Source of the DNA: Terriglobia bacterium
GTDB lineage: Bacteria; Acidobacteriota; Terriglobia; Bryobacterales; Bryobacteraceae
Length of the DNA stretch: 64,000 nt
Reading direction: 5' to 3'
NCBI GenBank assembly: GCA_025363475.1
Contig: JANYDS010000095.1
Coordinates: forward strand, 25,236-89,235
In this document: piece by piece, positions 30,685-39,590 of the stretch
Position numbering within the stretch: position 1 is the first letter of the stretch
Layout: each line of letters starts with the position of its first letter
Notes under the pieces: model-generated
Told to the model about the DNA's origin: nothing
The model's database searches: none
Seen by the model: the letters and a program-made list of their open reading frames with translations, nothing else
Program-made: the position numbers and the translations under genes

Positions 30685-32610
30685 ATGACCGGGCATACGG
30701 CGTATCGCGCCGAAGTTGATGGCTTGCGCGCCGTTGCCGTTCTGCTGGTCATTTTGTTCCATGCCTGTGTACCTGCCCTACAGGGCGGCTTTGTGGGGGT
30801 GGATGTTTTTTTCGTCATCTCCGGCTACCTGATCACCCAAATTCTGAAAGCGGAAATTGACCGCACGGGTGCGCTTGATTTGCTGAATTTCTATGCCCGC
30901 CGGGCGCGCCGCCTTCTGCCAGCCGCCGCTCTTGTTACGCTGGCTACGCTGGTGATTTCGAGCCAGGTGCTCTCTCCCCTTGAAACGCTGCGGCTGATCA
31001 AACCCGCTGCCGCTACCGCTGTTTATGCCAGTAACATCTGGTTCATTCTGCAGGGTGGCGATTACTTCGGCGGTGACCTCAACAACAATCCGTTTCTGCA
31101 CACCTGGTCGCTCTCGGTTGAGGAACAGTTTTACCTGGTCTGGCCGATTATCGTGCTCGTCGGAATTCGCTATTCACGCAAGCGAGGCCCCGCATACCTG
31201 TTCGCAGTGCTCTCCGTTTTATCGCTGGCGCTGTGTGTTTGGATGACTACCGCGCGCCCGCTCTGGGCCTTCTATGGCACACCGTTCAGAATTTGGGAAT
31301 TTGGCGCGGGAGCGCTCACTTGTCTCATTCCGCCCCGTGAAAGCAGGCACCGCACGGCGGTCGGGTGGCTTGGCCTTGCCACCATTCTGGTCTCCGCTGT
31401 TACATTCACGCCGCAGATCAGTTTCCCGGGCCTCACCGCGCTTGTGCCGGTGGCCGGAACCGTCGCCGTACTGTACGCGGGGTCCGGTATTGCGCCGCTT
31501 GGGTGGCCGGTTTGCACAGGCCTTGGCAAGATCTCTTATTCCCTCTACCTGTGGCACTGGCCGCTACTCACTACCGCCGCAGTGCTCTGGCCCAATATTG
31601 GAACAGGAGGACGCCTCTGCGCGGTTCTGGTGGCAATTCCTCTGGCGGCAGGCACCCGTTGGCTGGTCGAAATGCCTGTACGCTACAGCCCGTACCTCAG
31701 CAAGCGCAAGATGCTTTCCCTGGCGCTGGCGGCAACTACTATTTTAGCCGTCCTCAGTGCGGTTGCCCTCGCGCGTTTACAGAGCAACACCGCCGCCGAC
31801 TCGCCGGAGCAGAAAGCCTTCATCGCCGCAGGTAAAGACCGCACACAACTGGTGCACGGGTGTTTGGCGACGAGCGGCAGCAGCAACGTTGTGGAATGCA
31901 CTTTCGGCCTCGCCAACGCCACAGAATCGATAATTCTCTTTGGCGATTCTCACGCCGAGCAACTCTTCCCCGCCCTTGAACCTGTCGCCGCGCAGCGACA
32001 CGCGAAACTCGTCACTATGGTGCGGACCTCATGCCCTACCCCCGAAATCGACATCTTCAATTCGCACCTCAAGCGAATCGACGACGAATGCTCGCGCTGG
32101 CGCGAAAAGGCGTTACAGCGCATCGCCGCGCTCCAGCCCTTTCTGGTTGTGATTGCTAACGATTCCGGCTATACCAAACCTCCTGGATGGGAACGGGGGA
32201 CGCGCGCGACGCTGGGTCGTCTGAACCAGGCGGCATCCCGCACGCTGCTGATCCGTGATACCCCCCACCCCGATCTCGACGTGCCTGTCTGCCTCTCCCG
32301 CGCTGCCCTGCACGGCGGTGGGCCTCCCGAAACGCAGTGTCTGGTACAACGGTCAGCCGCACTCAACGAAGCGATCTGGAACGCTGAACAAACGGCAGCC
32401 GGGAATACTCCCTCCGTAACGCTGCTGGATCTGACGGATTCGTTCTGTAACCCGACCACCTGCCCCACCATCCTCGGCGGAATTCCCGTCTATCGTGATA
32501 CCAACCACATATCGACACGGTTCGCCGCCCAACTAACAGATGTTTTGGCCGGTCAGATAGCCATGGTCACTGCACCTCAACACCAGGAGGTTCACGAATA
32601 CCTCAAATAG
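30685..32610 (+). CDS. acyltransferase family 3 protein with C-terminal SGNH-like domain (OafA-like)
   Basis: 641-aa ORF with N-terminal VDGLRAVAVLLVILFH...VDVFFVISGYLIT, about 10 TM segments and a C-terminal ILFGDSHA block. Confidence 0.88.
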   Translation: MTGHTAYRAEVDGLRAVAVLLVILFHACVPALQGGFVGVDVFFVISGYLITQILKAEIDRTGALDLLNFYARRARRLLPAAALVTLATLVISSQVLSPLETLRLIKPAAATAVYASNIWFILQGGDYFGGDLNNNPFLHTWSLSVEEQFYLVWPIIVLVGIRYSRKRGPAYLFAVLSVLSLALCVWMTTARPLWAFYGTPFRIWEFGAGALTCLIPPRESRHRTAVGWLGLATILVSAVTFTPQISFPGLTALVPVAGTVAVLYAGSGIAPLGWPVCTGLGKISYSLYLWHWPLLTTAAVLWPNIGTGGRLCAVLVAIPLAAGTRWLVEMPVRYSPYLSKRKMLSLALAATTILAVLSAVALARLQSNTAADSPEQKAFIAAGKDRTQLVHGCLATSGSSNVVECTFGLANATESIILFGDSHAEQLFPALEPVAAQRHAKLVTMVRTSCPTPEIDIFNSHLKRIDDECSRWREKALQRIAALQPFLVVIANDSGYTKPPGWERGTRATLGRLNQAASRTLLIRDTPHPDLDVPVCLSRAALHGGGPPETQCLVQRSAALNEAIWNAEQTAAGNTPSVTLLDLTDSFCNPTTCPTILGGIPVYRDTNHISTRFAAQLTDVLAGQIAMVTAPQHQEVHEYLK

Positions 32611-32619
32611 TCTTCCGGT

Positions 32620-33627
32620 CTACGAGTTTTGGGTATAAAACGTCCCTCCGTCCGGATCTGCCACCTCTGCCGCCGCCTTTTCCGGCATATGCTCCGCAGC
32701 CTCGGGTGGAATCTCTGCCGCTGGTTCGACGATTGCAGCAGGAGTGCCGGCAACAAGACGCCGGAGATCAATCAAAGAACGCAAAGCTGCCCCGCGGACT
32801 ACCGGCTCTTCATCCCGCACAAGTTCCGTCAGACGCGGTAAAAACTCACCGTCCCGAATTTTTCCCATCATCCACGCCGCCGTCGAACGAAAGCATGCCT
32901 TGGGTTCACGCGACATTCGCCTCACTTCGTCAGCGATTCCGGCGGCACCTGCGATGTGGAGCCCGATCAGCGCATTCCCTGCCACACGATTGGCCTTGTC
33001 GCCCGCGCAATTCGTCAGCAATTCCCTCGCAGGCGCAGTATCCAGCCCCCACAGCGACTCAACCGCATTGGCGCGGACTCTCTCGTCAGTGCGCTTCAAT
33101 TGTTTCTCTGCCCAGGCCGGGCTCTGCACGCGACGCCCGATAAACAGCGTCGCTTTCTCGCGTGTTCTCGGCTCGATGCTCTCCACGAGATGCCCCAGAA
33201 TGGGAATCAGCCGACGCCCGCGTGACGTCTCGTCCAGCACCTCAATCGCCCGGGCCGCCCGCTGCCCGGAGATCGCGAAGTGATGATTGGTTCCCACACG
33301 GTCCGGCAGCTTGCGCGCCAGTTTCACGTCAAACCCGGGGTCAATGACGGCCACGCGCTGGAAAAGATGAACCGCTTTCTGACGGGATTCGAGCGGACTT
33401 GTGAGGTAATCCAGGAGCTCCTGCTGGTGGCGGAGAATCAGAACACTAAGAAACCGGTGTGCGTTGGATTGCCGTGTGGTTGTCAGGTGCCGTATGGCCG
33501 CCGCAGCAAACAGATCCGGCATCTGATTGACAAACCGGCGGATCAATTGCGTCGCCAGCGGATTGACGTCAAATTCTTCGACGGCCCGGTCCATATACGA
33601 ATTGACTAAATTCTGATCCGTCGTCAT
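32620..33627 (-). CDS. HEAT-repeat protein
   Basis: 335-aa ORF with repeated HEAT-like units (RVRANAVESL..., NRVAGNALIGL..., EPVVRGAALRSL). Confidence 0.6.
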   Translation of the reverse strand: MTTDQNLVNSYMDRAVEEFDVNPLATQLIRRFVNQMPDLFAAAAIRHLTTTRQSNAHRFLSVLILRHQQELLDYLTSPLESRQKAVHLFQRVAVIDPGFDVKLARKLPDRVGTNHHFAISGQRAARAIEVLDETSRGRRLIPILGHLVESIEPRTREKATLFIGRRVQSPAWAEKQLKRTDERVRANAVESLWGLDTAPARELLTNCAGDKANRVAGNALIGLHIAGAAGIADEVRRMSREPKACFRSTAAWMMGKIRDGEFLPRLTELVRDEEPVVRGAALRSLIDLRRLVAGTPAAIVEPAAEIPPEAAEHMPEKAAAEVADPDGGTFYTQNS

Positions 33628-33697
33628 TCATTTGCAGCCCCCTCAGGGCAGCAGGAGACTATCGGCCAATTTCCGCCAGGAGTTTAGCGCAACCGGA

Positions 33698-34039
33698 TCA
33701 GAAACTCGAAATCGCCGAACGCTCGTTGTCGTGAACTTCCAGGATTCGCCCCAGTCCGGTAATATCCAGAATGTTCGCCAACCGCCGGCTCAAACCGGCC
33801 AGCTTCAGCGAAGCCTGACTGCCCACCGCCATCGTGTAGCCGGAGACCAGTTCGGCAATGCCGGAACTATCCATATGTGTGACCAGAGTCATGTTGATCA
33901 GCACATTCTTTGCACCATCCGCGAGCGCCTGCCGCACTGCATCACGCAGAGCACCGGAACTGCGGTTCATGCCCAGTCTGCCGACCACGTCCAGTACAGT
34001 CACTTCGCCCACCGTCCGGTTTGTGATCTGAACATCCAT
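33698..34039 (-). CDS. STAS-domain protein (anti-sigma-factor antagonist-like)
   Basis: The SpoIIAA-like sequence MDVQITNRTVGEVTVLDVVGRL...THMDSSGIAELV starts at ATG 34039. The track ORF extends to 34117. Confidence 0.8.
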   Translation of the reverse strand: MDVQITNRTVGEVTVLDVVGRLGMNRSSGALRDAVRQALADGAKNVLINMTLVTHMDSSGIAELVSGYTMAVGSQASLKLAGLSRRLANILDITGLGRILEVHDNERSAISSF

Positions 34040-34064
34040 GCAGGTACAGTATAGAATTCTCTTG

Positions 34065-34682
34065 ATGCGCTTTCTCAAAATACTCAGCATGTCGCTGGCC
34101 ATTGCCATTGTCTGCACAGCCCAAACACCCTCACCAGCTCTGCCCGTAAGCCAGGTTCCCGAAGCGGCCGGCCTTTATGCCATCTTCGACACATCCCTCG
34201 GCCAGATCGTCACTGAGCTTTTTGAAGCCAAAGCGGCGCTAACCGTCAATAACTTTGTCGCGCTTGCAACCGGCACCAAAGCGGCAAACAATGCCGCGGG
34301 AGTCCCTGTCCGCCGACACTACTATGACGGTCTGACGTTTCACCGTGTCATCAAGGGCTTCATGATCCAGACGGGTGATGTTCGCGCCACCGGCAGCAGC
34401 GTCTGCGGCGTAGCCCGCCTGAAAGACGAAATCGACCCTGCCCTCAAATTCGATACCGTGGGTCGCCTGGCCATGGCCAATACCGGAACGCCCAACTCAG
34501 CCGCCTGTCAGATTTTCATCACTGTGGGCAAACCCGCCTACTTGAATGGAAGCTACACGATCTTCGGTCAAGTGGTTGCCGGTCAGGACATCGCCACCAA
34601 AATTTCTGAAGTTGCGGTTTCAAGCGAGAAACCCGTCACGCCCGTGATCGTGAAAAAAATCACCATCGAGCGCAAGAAGTAA
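34065..34682 (+). CDS. cyclophilin-type peptidyl-prolyl cis-trans isomerase, secreted
   Basis: YDGLTFHRVIKGFMIQTGD, GRLAMAN and QIFIT motifs. A signal peptide results from ATG 34065. Confidence 0.9.
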   Translation: MRFLKILSMSLAIAIVCTAQTPSPALPVSQVPEAAGLYAIFDTSLGQIVTELFEAKAALTVNNFVALATGTKAANNAAGVPVRRHYYDGLTFHRVIKGFMIQTGDVRATGSSVCGVARLKDEIDPALKFDTVGRLAMANTGTPNSAACQIFITVGKPAYLNGSYTIFGQVVAGQDIATKISEVAVSSEKPVTPVIVKKITIERKK

Positions 34683-34714
34683 AACCGAAACGGGTGAAAT
34701 ACTAAACTGCATTC

Positions 34715-35695
34715 ATGCGGTTTCTCATCACCCTCTTCTCCGCAGCGGCCCTGCTCTGCGCCGCGCCGGACCCGGCCCTTACACGGCTCGAACAACAGTT
34801 GGACCGTGTCGCGCGCACGACCGACGCCATTGTCGGCATCAGCGCCACACACATTGAATCGGGCCGAGCAGTCTCCCTGCGCGGCGGCGAGTCGTTCCCC
34901 ATGGCCAGTGCCTTCAAACTGCCCGTAGCCGTTCAGATCATGACAATGATCGATGAGGGCAAACTGACTGCGGAGAAGATGGTGCCTCTCGGCCCGGTGG
35001 ATCTGCATCCCGGCAGCGGCAAACTCACTGAATTGTTCTTCCACCCTGGCGTCTCCCTCTCTGTTTCCAATCTGATGGAACTGATGCTGGTGATCAGCGA
35101 CAACACCGCCGCCGATGTGATGCTGCGCGAAGCCGGTGGCCCCGCCGCAGTCACGGCGCGTATGAAGGCACTGGGCCTGAATGGAATCCGCGTAGACCGC
35201 TCCACTGCGCTTCTCATCTCCGCTTTTCAGGGAGCGAAAAGCATCCCACCGGAATCAGAATGGAACCGCGAGCTTTGGGACAGACTTTACGATGCCGTTC
35301 CCGAGCGCGACCACATGGCCGCACGCCGCGCTGAAACCCGCGATCCCCGCGACACAGCTACGCCGGACGATATGACGAAATTGCTGGTCCGTCTCTGGAA
35401 GCGGGACGCGCTGACCGCGCAAAGTTCCACGACGCTGCTCGAAGTGATGGACCGTTGCCAGACCGGCAAGAGCCGCATCAAAGGCATGTTGCCGCTGGTC
35501 ACGCCGGTTGCCCATAAAACCGGGTCACTGGGCGGGATCGCCAACGACGTCGGCATCATCACCCTGCCTGGCGACGCAGGTCACGTCGCCATTTCGGTCT
35601 TCACCAAAGGCTCAGGCAGGCCCGAAGAAGTGTCTGAGAAGGCCATCGCCGAAGTCGCCCGCACCGTTTACGACTTCTTTGTGATGGTGCGATAA
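34715..35695 (+). CDS. class A beta-lactamase-related serine hydrolase
   Basis: 326-aa ORF with a signal peptide and the motifs SxxK (SAFK), SDN (ISDNTAAD) and KTG (HKTGS). The Omega-loop region is divergent and enlarged (see finding). Confidence 0.8.
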   Translation: MRFLITLFSAAALLCAAPDPALTRLEQQLDRVARTTDAIVGISATHIESGRAVSLRGGESFPMASAFKLPVAVQIMTMIDEGKLTAEKMVPLGPVDLHPGSGKLTELFFHPGVSLSVSNLMELMLVISDNTAADVMLREAGGPAAVTARMKALGLNGIRVDRSTALLISAFQGAKSIPPESEWNRELWDRLYDAVPERDHMAARRAETRDPRDTATPDDMTKLLVRLWKRDALTAQSSTTLLEVMDRCQTGKSRIKGMLPLVTPVAHKTGSLGGIANDVGIITLPGDAGHVAISVFTKGSGRPEEVSEKAIAEVARTVYDFFVMVR

Positions 35696-35710
35696 ATGGC
35701 GGACAAATAA

Positions 35711-36502
35711 ATGGCCGACAACTGGGATAGCAGCCTCTACGATGACCGCCATGCCTTTGTATGGAAAACCAGCGCAGACCTCATCGACCTGCTTGCGCCG
35801 CAACCGGGCGAACGCATCCTCGACCTCGGTTGCGGCACAGGCCATCTCACGGCACAACTGGCAGCGCGCGGGGTTGAAGTCACAGGGCTCGATTCTTCGC
35901 TTTCGATGATTGCCCAGGCCCGGCAGAATTATCCAAAGGTCAAATTCACCGTCGCCGATGCACGTGATTTTCGCTTTCCTGAACCCTTCGACGCAGTAAT
36001 GTCAAACGCCGCGCTGCACTGGATTGCAGAGGCCGGGCTGGTGGCTACAAGTATCGCTGCGGCGCTCAAGCCCGGCGGACGACTGGTGCTCGAAATGGGC
36101 GTGCTGGGCAACATCGCCATCATCCTGGAAGCACTCGAGGGCGTCCTGAGCCAAGCAGGCCACAAACTCACAAACCCCTGGTATTTCCCCAGTGCCGCCG
36201 AATACGCAACGGTCCTCGAGCAGGCAGGTTTTGAAATCCGCAGCGTTGCGACTTTTGAGCGCTGGCACCGCCTGGAACACCCGGAACGAGGCATGCGCGA
36301 ATGGCTGGAAATGTTCGCCGGAACGTGGTTTGCTGAAGTGCCGCTTGAAGAACGCGAAAGTCTGGTGCGCGAAATCGAAATCCGCTTGCGTCCGAAACTC
36401 TACTGCGACCGAGCCTGGTGGGCAGATTACAAAAGGCTGCGTGTAATCGCGTCTGCCGCACGCTTGCCGCTGCGCACACAATCTGGTATTCCCACGCCGT
36501 GA
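35711..36502 (+). CDS. class I SAM-dependent methyltransferase (Tam-like)
   Basis: 263-aa ORF with the SAM motif ILDLGCGTG and overall resemblance to trans-aconitate methyltransferase. Confidence 0.85.
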   Translation: MADNWDSSLYDDRHAFVWKTSADLIDLLAPQPGERILDLGCGTGHLTAQLAARGVEVTGLDSSLSMIAQARQNYPKVKFTVADARDFRFPEPFDAVMSNAALHWIAEAGLVATSIAAALKPGGRLVLEMGVLGNIAIILEALEGVLSQAGHKLTNPWYFPSAAEYATVLEQAGFEIRSVATFERWHRLEHPERGMREWLEMFAGTWFAEVPLEERESLVREIEIRLRPKLYCDRAWWADYKRLRVIASAARLPLRTQSGIPTP

Positions 36503-37734
36503 TAGGCGTTCCCTGCCAGATACAGGCCGGGAATTTCCGCACTCCGCGCTTCCAGTTCCGCTATGCGCGGAGTGTGCCCAACAGTATATTGCGGCATGGC
36601 TTCCGGCCACTGATTCAGCTGGGCAAATACCGGTTCCGCGGTAATCCCAAGCAGACGGCGCAAATCGTCCCGGACGGCATCCTGTGTGGTGTTTAGGTCG
36701 GAAGAGAAACAGCGCAGAACGGCAATGTTGTCAGGAACCCGCCCGGGCCATTTAGTCGCCACCCAGGTGCAGGCCATAATGGCCTGACGTTCCGGTTTTG
36801 GAATCAAAAATCCAAACGCATCCAGCGGATGTGCCACATCTTCCCGCCGGTAACCCAAAGTCCAGATGGAACTGCTGTTGTGGGGGATTGACGCCAGCAA
36901 ATCACCGGCATCCGGCTCAACAGGCTTGAGCAGGTCTGCCGCGCGGTTGGCCCCGCAGGCTAAAACCACGCTGTCGAACACATGCGTTTCGCCCCCGGCT
37001 GAGAGTTCCCACACACCGTTGTAGTCAATGGCATTCACGCGATACGGTAACGTTTCCGCCGCTTCAGCCAGCCTGCCGACAAATGTCCCCATACCGCGCC
37101 GCATGGTATAAAACACCGGCTTCCCGGTGGCGGCTTTCTTCTCGCGCAACGCCCCCACCACCACGCTTCCGTAGCGCTGTTCATGTTCCACAAATTTCGG
37201 CAGCACGCTCGGCGCACTCAGGAAGTCAGGAGACCCGCCATAAACACCCGCCAGCAGGGGTTCAGCGAGATAGTCCACTGCCTCCCGCCCGAAGTGATCC
37301 GTAATGAACTCTGATACGCTGCGGTCCGGCAGAGCCTTCGGGCTGCGAAATACCTCCGCACCCATGCGAAACTTCATCCCCCAGGAAAACAGCCTGGTTT
37401 TGAGAACCGGAATCAGTTTGGTGGGAACTACGAGTTGCAGCCCCTCGGGGAGAGTCTCAAAATTGCCGTGCCGCAGCACGTAGGTTTTGCGCAGGCTGTC
37501 GTTGGAGCCGATGATTTCATCGCCCAGCCCAATCTCGCGAATCAGCGTCTCAGCCCAGGGTTTTGAAGCCAGCCAGCTTTCCGGCCCGGTTTCGAGCAGA
37601 CAACCATGTACTTCCGTAGTCCCGATCAAACCGCCGGGTGAAGGGTCAAACACGATGGCCTGATGGCCAGCCTTCCGCAGATAGTGAGCGCAGGCGAGGC
37701 CCGAAATACCCCCGCCCGCAATCCCGACTTTCAC
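36427..37734 (-). CDS. hemY: protoporphyrinogen/coproporphyrinogen oxidase (HemY type)
   Basis: 435-aa ORF with the N-terminal FAD fold VGIAGGGISGLACAHYL, immediately downstream of hemE. Confidence 0.85.
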   Translation of the reverse strand: MKVGIAGGGISGLACAHYLRKAGHQAIVFDPSPGGLIGTTEVHGCLLETGPESWLASKPWAETLIREIGLGDEIIGSNDSLRKTYVLRHGNFETLPEGLQLVVPTKLIPVLKTRLFSWGMKFRMGAEVFRSPKALPDRSVSEFITDHFGREAVDYLAEPLLAGVYGGSPDFLSAPSVLPKFVEHEQRYGSVVVGALREKKAATGKPVFYTMRRGMGTFVGRLAEAAETLPYRVNAIDYNGVWELSAGGETHVFDSVVLACGANRAADLLKPVEPDAGDLLASIPHNSSSIWTLGYRREDVAHPLDAFGFLIPKPERQAIMACTWVATKWPGRVPDNIAVLRCFSSDLNTTQDAVRDDLRRLLGITAEPVFAQLNQWPEAMPQYTVGHTPRIAELEARSAEIPGLYLAGNAYHGVGIPDCVRSGKRAADAITRSLL

Positions 37735-37750
37735 GTTCTCGCCGGCACGC

Positions 37751-38788
37751 CTACGGCCGGAACTCCCGAACCATCTGGACGACAGCCTTCACGTTTTCAA
37801 CGGGGGTTTCGGGCAGAATGCCATGGCCCAGATTGAAGATATGGCCGGGCCTTGTACCGGTGCGCCGAAGCAGGTCATGGACCTTGTTACGCAGTTCCGG
37901 AAGCGGTGCAAACAAAGCAACCGGATCAAGATTTCCCTGAATCGCAGATCTGTAGGAGATATCCTGCCACGCCTGGTCGATGTTGATGCGCCAGTCGCAG
38001 CCCATCACGTCTCCGCCCGCCGCATGAAGTTCGCGGAAGTAACCGGAAGCGCCCGTGCCGAAATGAATGACAGGCACACCGCTCGACTTGATCCGTTCAA
38101 TCAAAGCGCGGGAATAAGGCTGGGCAAAGCGAACGTAATCGTCGCCTGCCAAAGCACCAACCCAGCTGTCAAAAACCTGAATGGCACGCGCCCCGGAAGC
38201 CACCTGCATAATGGCAAATGGTGCCAGCACGTCCACAATCTTGCCCATCAAACGACGCCACAGGGTTTCGTCGCTGTACATCATCCGCTTGGTGCGAAGG
38301 AAATTCCGTGATGCCCCGCCCTCAATCATGTAGCTGGCAAGGGTAAACGGCGCCGCGCAGAAGCCGATCACAGGCACGCGGCCGGCCAGAGCACGAACCG
38401 TGGCCTGAATCGCCTCGCCCACGTAACCGAGGTCATCGGTATTCGAAGTCGAAAGCGCATCCACGTCTTCCGTCGTCAGGATGGGGTTTTCAATCGTCGG
38501 CCCTTCCTTTTTCGGATAGCTCAGCTTCAGCCCCATGGGTTCCACGGGCAATAGCAGATCGGCGAAAATGATGGCGGCATCCACATCCAGCGCCTCAACC
38601 GGCTGTAGCGTAATTGCTGCGGCCAAATCGGGACGTTTGCAGATTTCGAGCATCGTATGCTGGGCGCGGATATCCCGGTAAGATTTCATATACCGGCCCG
38701 CCTGGCGCATGAACCAGACCGGGCGCACATCGGTAGGTCTGCGCCGGCACGCATCAAGAAAACGACTGGTCATGGGAGCTACACGCAT
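37751..38788 (-). CDS. hemE: uroporphyrinogen decarboxylase
   Basis: PVWFMRQAGRYM motif. ATG near 38773 (MTSRFLD) is an alternative start. Confidence 0.95.
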   Translation of the reverse strand: MRVAPMTSRFLDACRRRPTDVRPVWFMRQAGRYMKSYRDIRAQHTMLEICKRPDLAAAITLQPVEALDVDAAIIFADLLLPVEPMGLKLSYPKKEGPTIENPILTTEDVDALSTSNTDDLGYVGEAIQATVRALAGRVPVIGFCAAPFTLASYMIEGGASRNFLRTKRMMYSDETLWRRLMGKIVDVLAPFAIMQVASGARAIQVFDSWVGALAGDDYVRFAQPYSRALIERIKSSGVPVIHFGTGASGYFRELHAAGGDVMGCDWRINIDQAWQDISYRSAIQGNLDPVALFAPLPELRNKVHDLLRRTGTRPGHIFNLGHGILPETPVENVKAVVQMVREFRP

Positions 38789-38890
38789 AGAAGGTCAGCC
38801 ACTAAAGGCAACAAAAACAAAACTAACACAAACTGTTTAATTTAGGGGGATTTTTTCACCGGGAAGCTTCCCCGGGCAGTACTGTTCGGG

Positions 38891-39253
38891 CTACTTCGGC
38901 GGCTGATCCCGAGACTGGCTTCGTTTCGCACGACGGATCAAAAAGTCAATCCGGCTCTCAGCATCAGGGTGCGTATCAGCGGAAAAATGAAGGTCTGGCA
39001 CCCGTCGCAGATTGAGCCGCGAAGCCAGTTCATGTTTCAGATAGCTTTTGGCATGATCAAGAGCGGCAAGTGCTTTCTTTTCATCGCCATCACCCAGGGT
39101 TACTTTGATGTGGGCATGGCGCAGATCGGGCGAAACATCCGCTGACGTTATGTTAATGGAATCAAGGCGCGGATCGTCCATTTCAAACCCGATCAGTTCC
39201 GCCAGTTCTTCTTTAACCGCCTCCGAAACGCGCAGGGAACGGTGTTCATCCAT
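38891..39253 (-). CDS. rbfA: ribosome-binding factor A
   Basis: 120-aa ORF with RVSEAVKEELAELI...ITSADVSPDLRHAHI. It is the last gene of the nusA-infB operon. Confidence 0.9.
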   Translation of the reverse strand: MDEHRSLRVSEAVKEELAELIGFEMDDPRLDSINITSADVSPDLRHAHIKVTLGDGDEKKALAALDHAKSYLKHELASRLNLRRVPDLHFSADTHPDAESRIDFLIRRAKRSQSRDQPPK

Positions 39254-39277
39254 ACTTTTACCTTAACAAAATCCAGC

Positions 39278-39562
39278 TTATAGCCAGTCGGTTTGCACAC
39301 GAATCAGCATCGGCCCCAGCAGGCTCTCTGCCTCAGCCTCGACTGCTCCCAGCACCTTGGCCGCAAACGCCCGGCTGGGCGACACTGTGGCCGCCGCAAT
39401 CACCGCGCTGTTATGCAGATCCTGGTCATCAATCTCTGAGACCGAGACATTGAATTTGTGGCGCAGTCTTTCCTTCAGACTCTTCACCACATGCCGCTTT
39501 TCTTTCAGGGAATGCGCGTGTTCCAGCCGCAGTTCGAGAGTGAGAACCCCGATTGCCGCCAT
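39278..39562 (-). CDS. DUF503 (YlxP-like) protein
   Basis: 94-aa ORF with LELRLEHAHSLKEKRHVVKSL, in the conserved position between infB and rbfA. Confidence 0.8.
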   Translation of the reverse strand: MAAIGVLTLELRLEHAHSLKEKRHVVKSLKERLRHKFNVSVSEIDDQDLHNSAVIAAATVSPSRAFAAKVLGAVEAEAESLLGPMLIRVQTDWL

Positions 39563-39590
39563 TACATACTTATTCTAAGCCGCTTCTAAA

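Noticed and set aside
38850-38885. A GC-rich near-palindrome, CCGGGAAGCTTCCCCGGG, just downstream of rbfA, considered as the operon terminator.
   Set aside because: On the transcribed (minus) strand the hairpin is followed by an A-run, not a U-run, and the loop would be only 4 nt within an almost perfect palindrome. That is not enough to call an intrinsic terminator.
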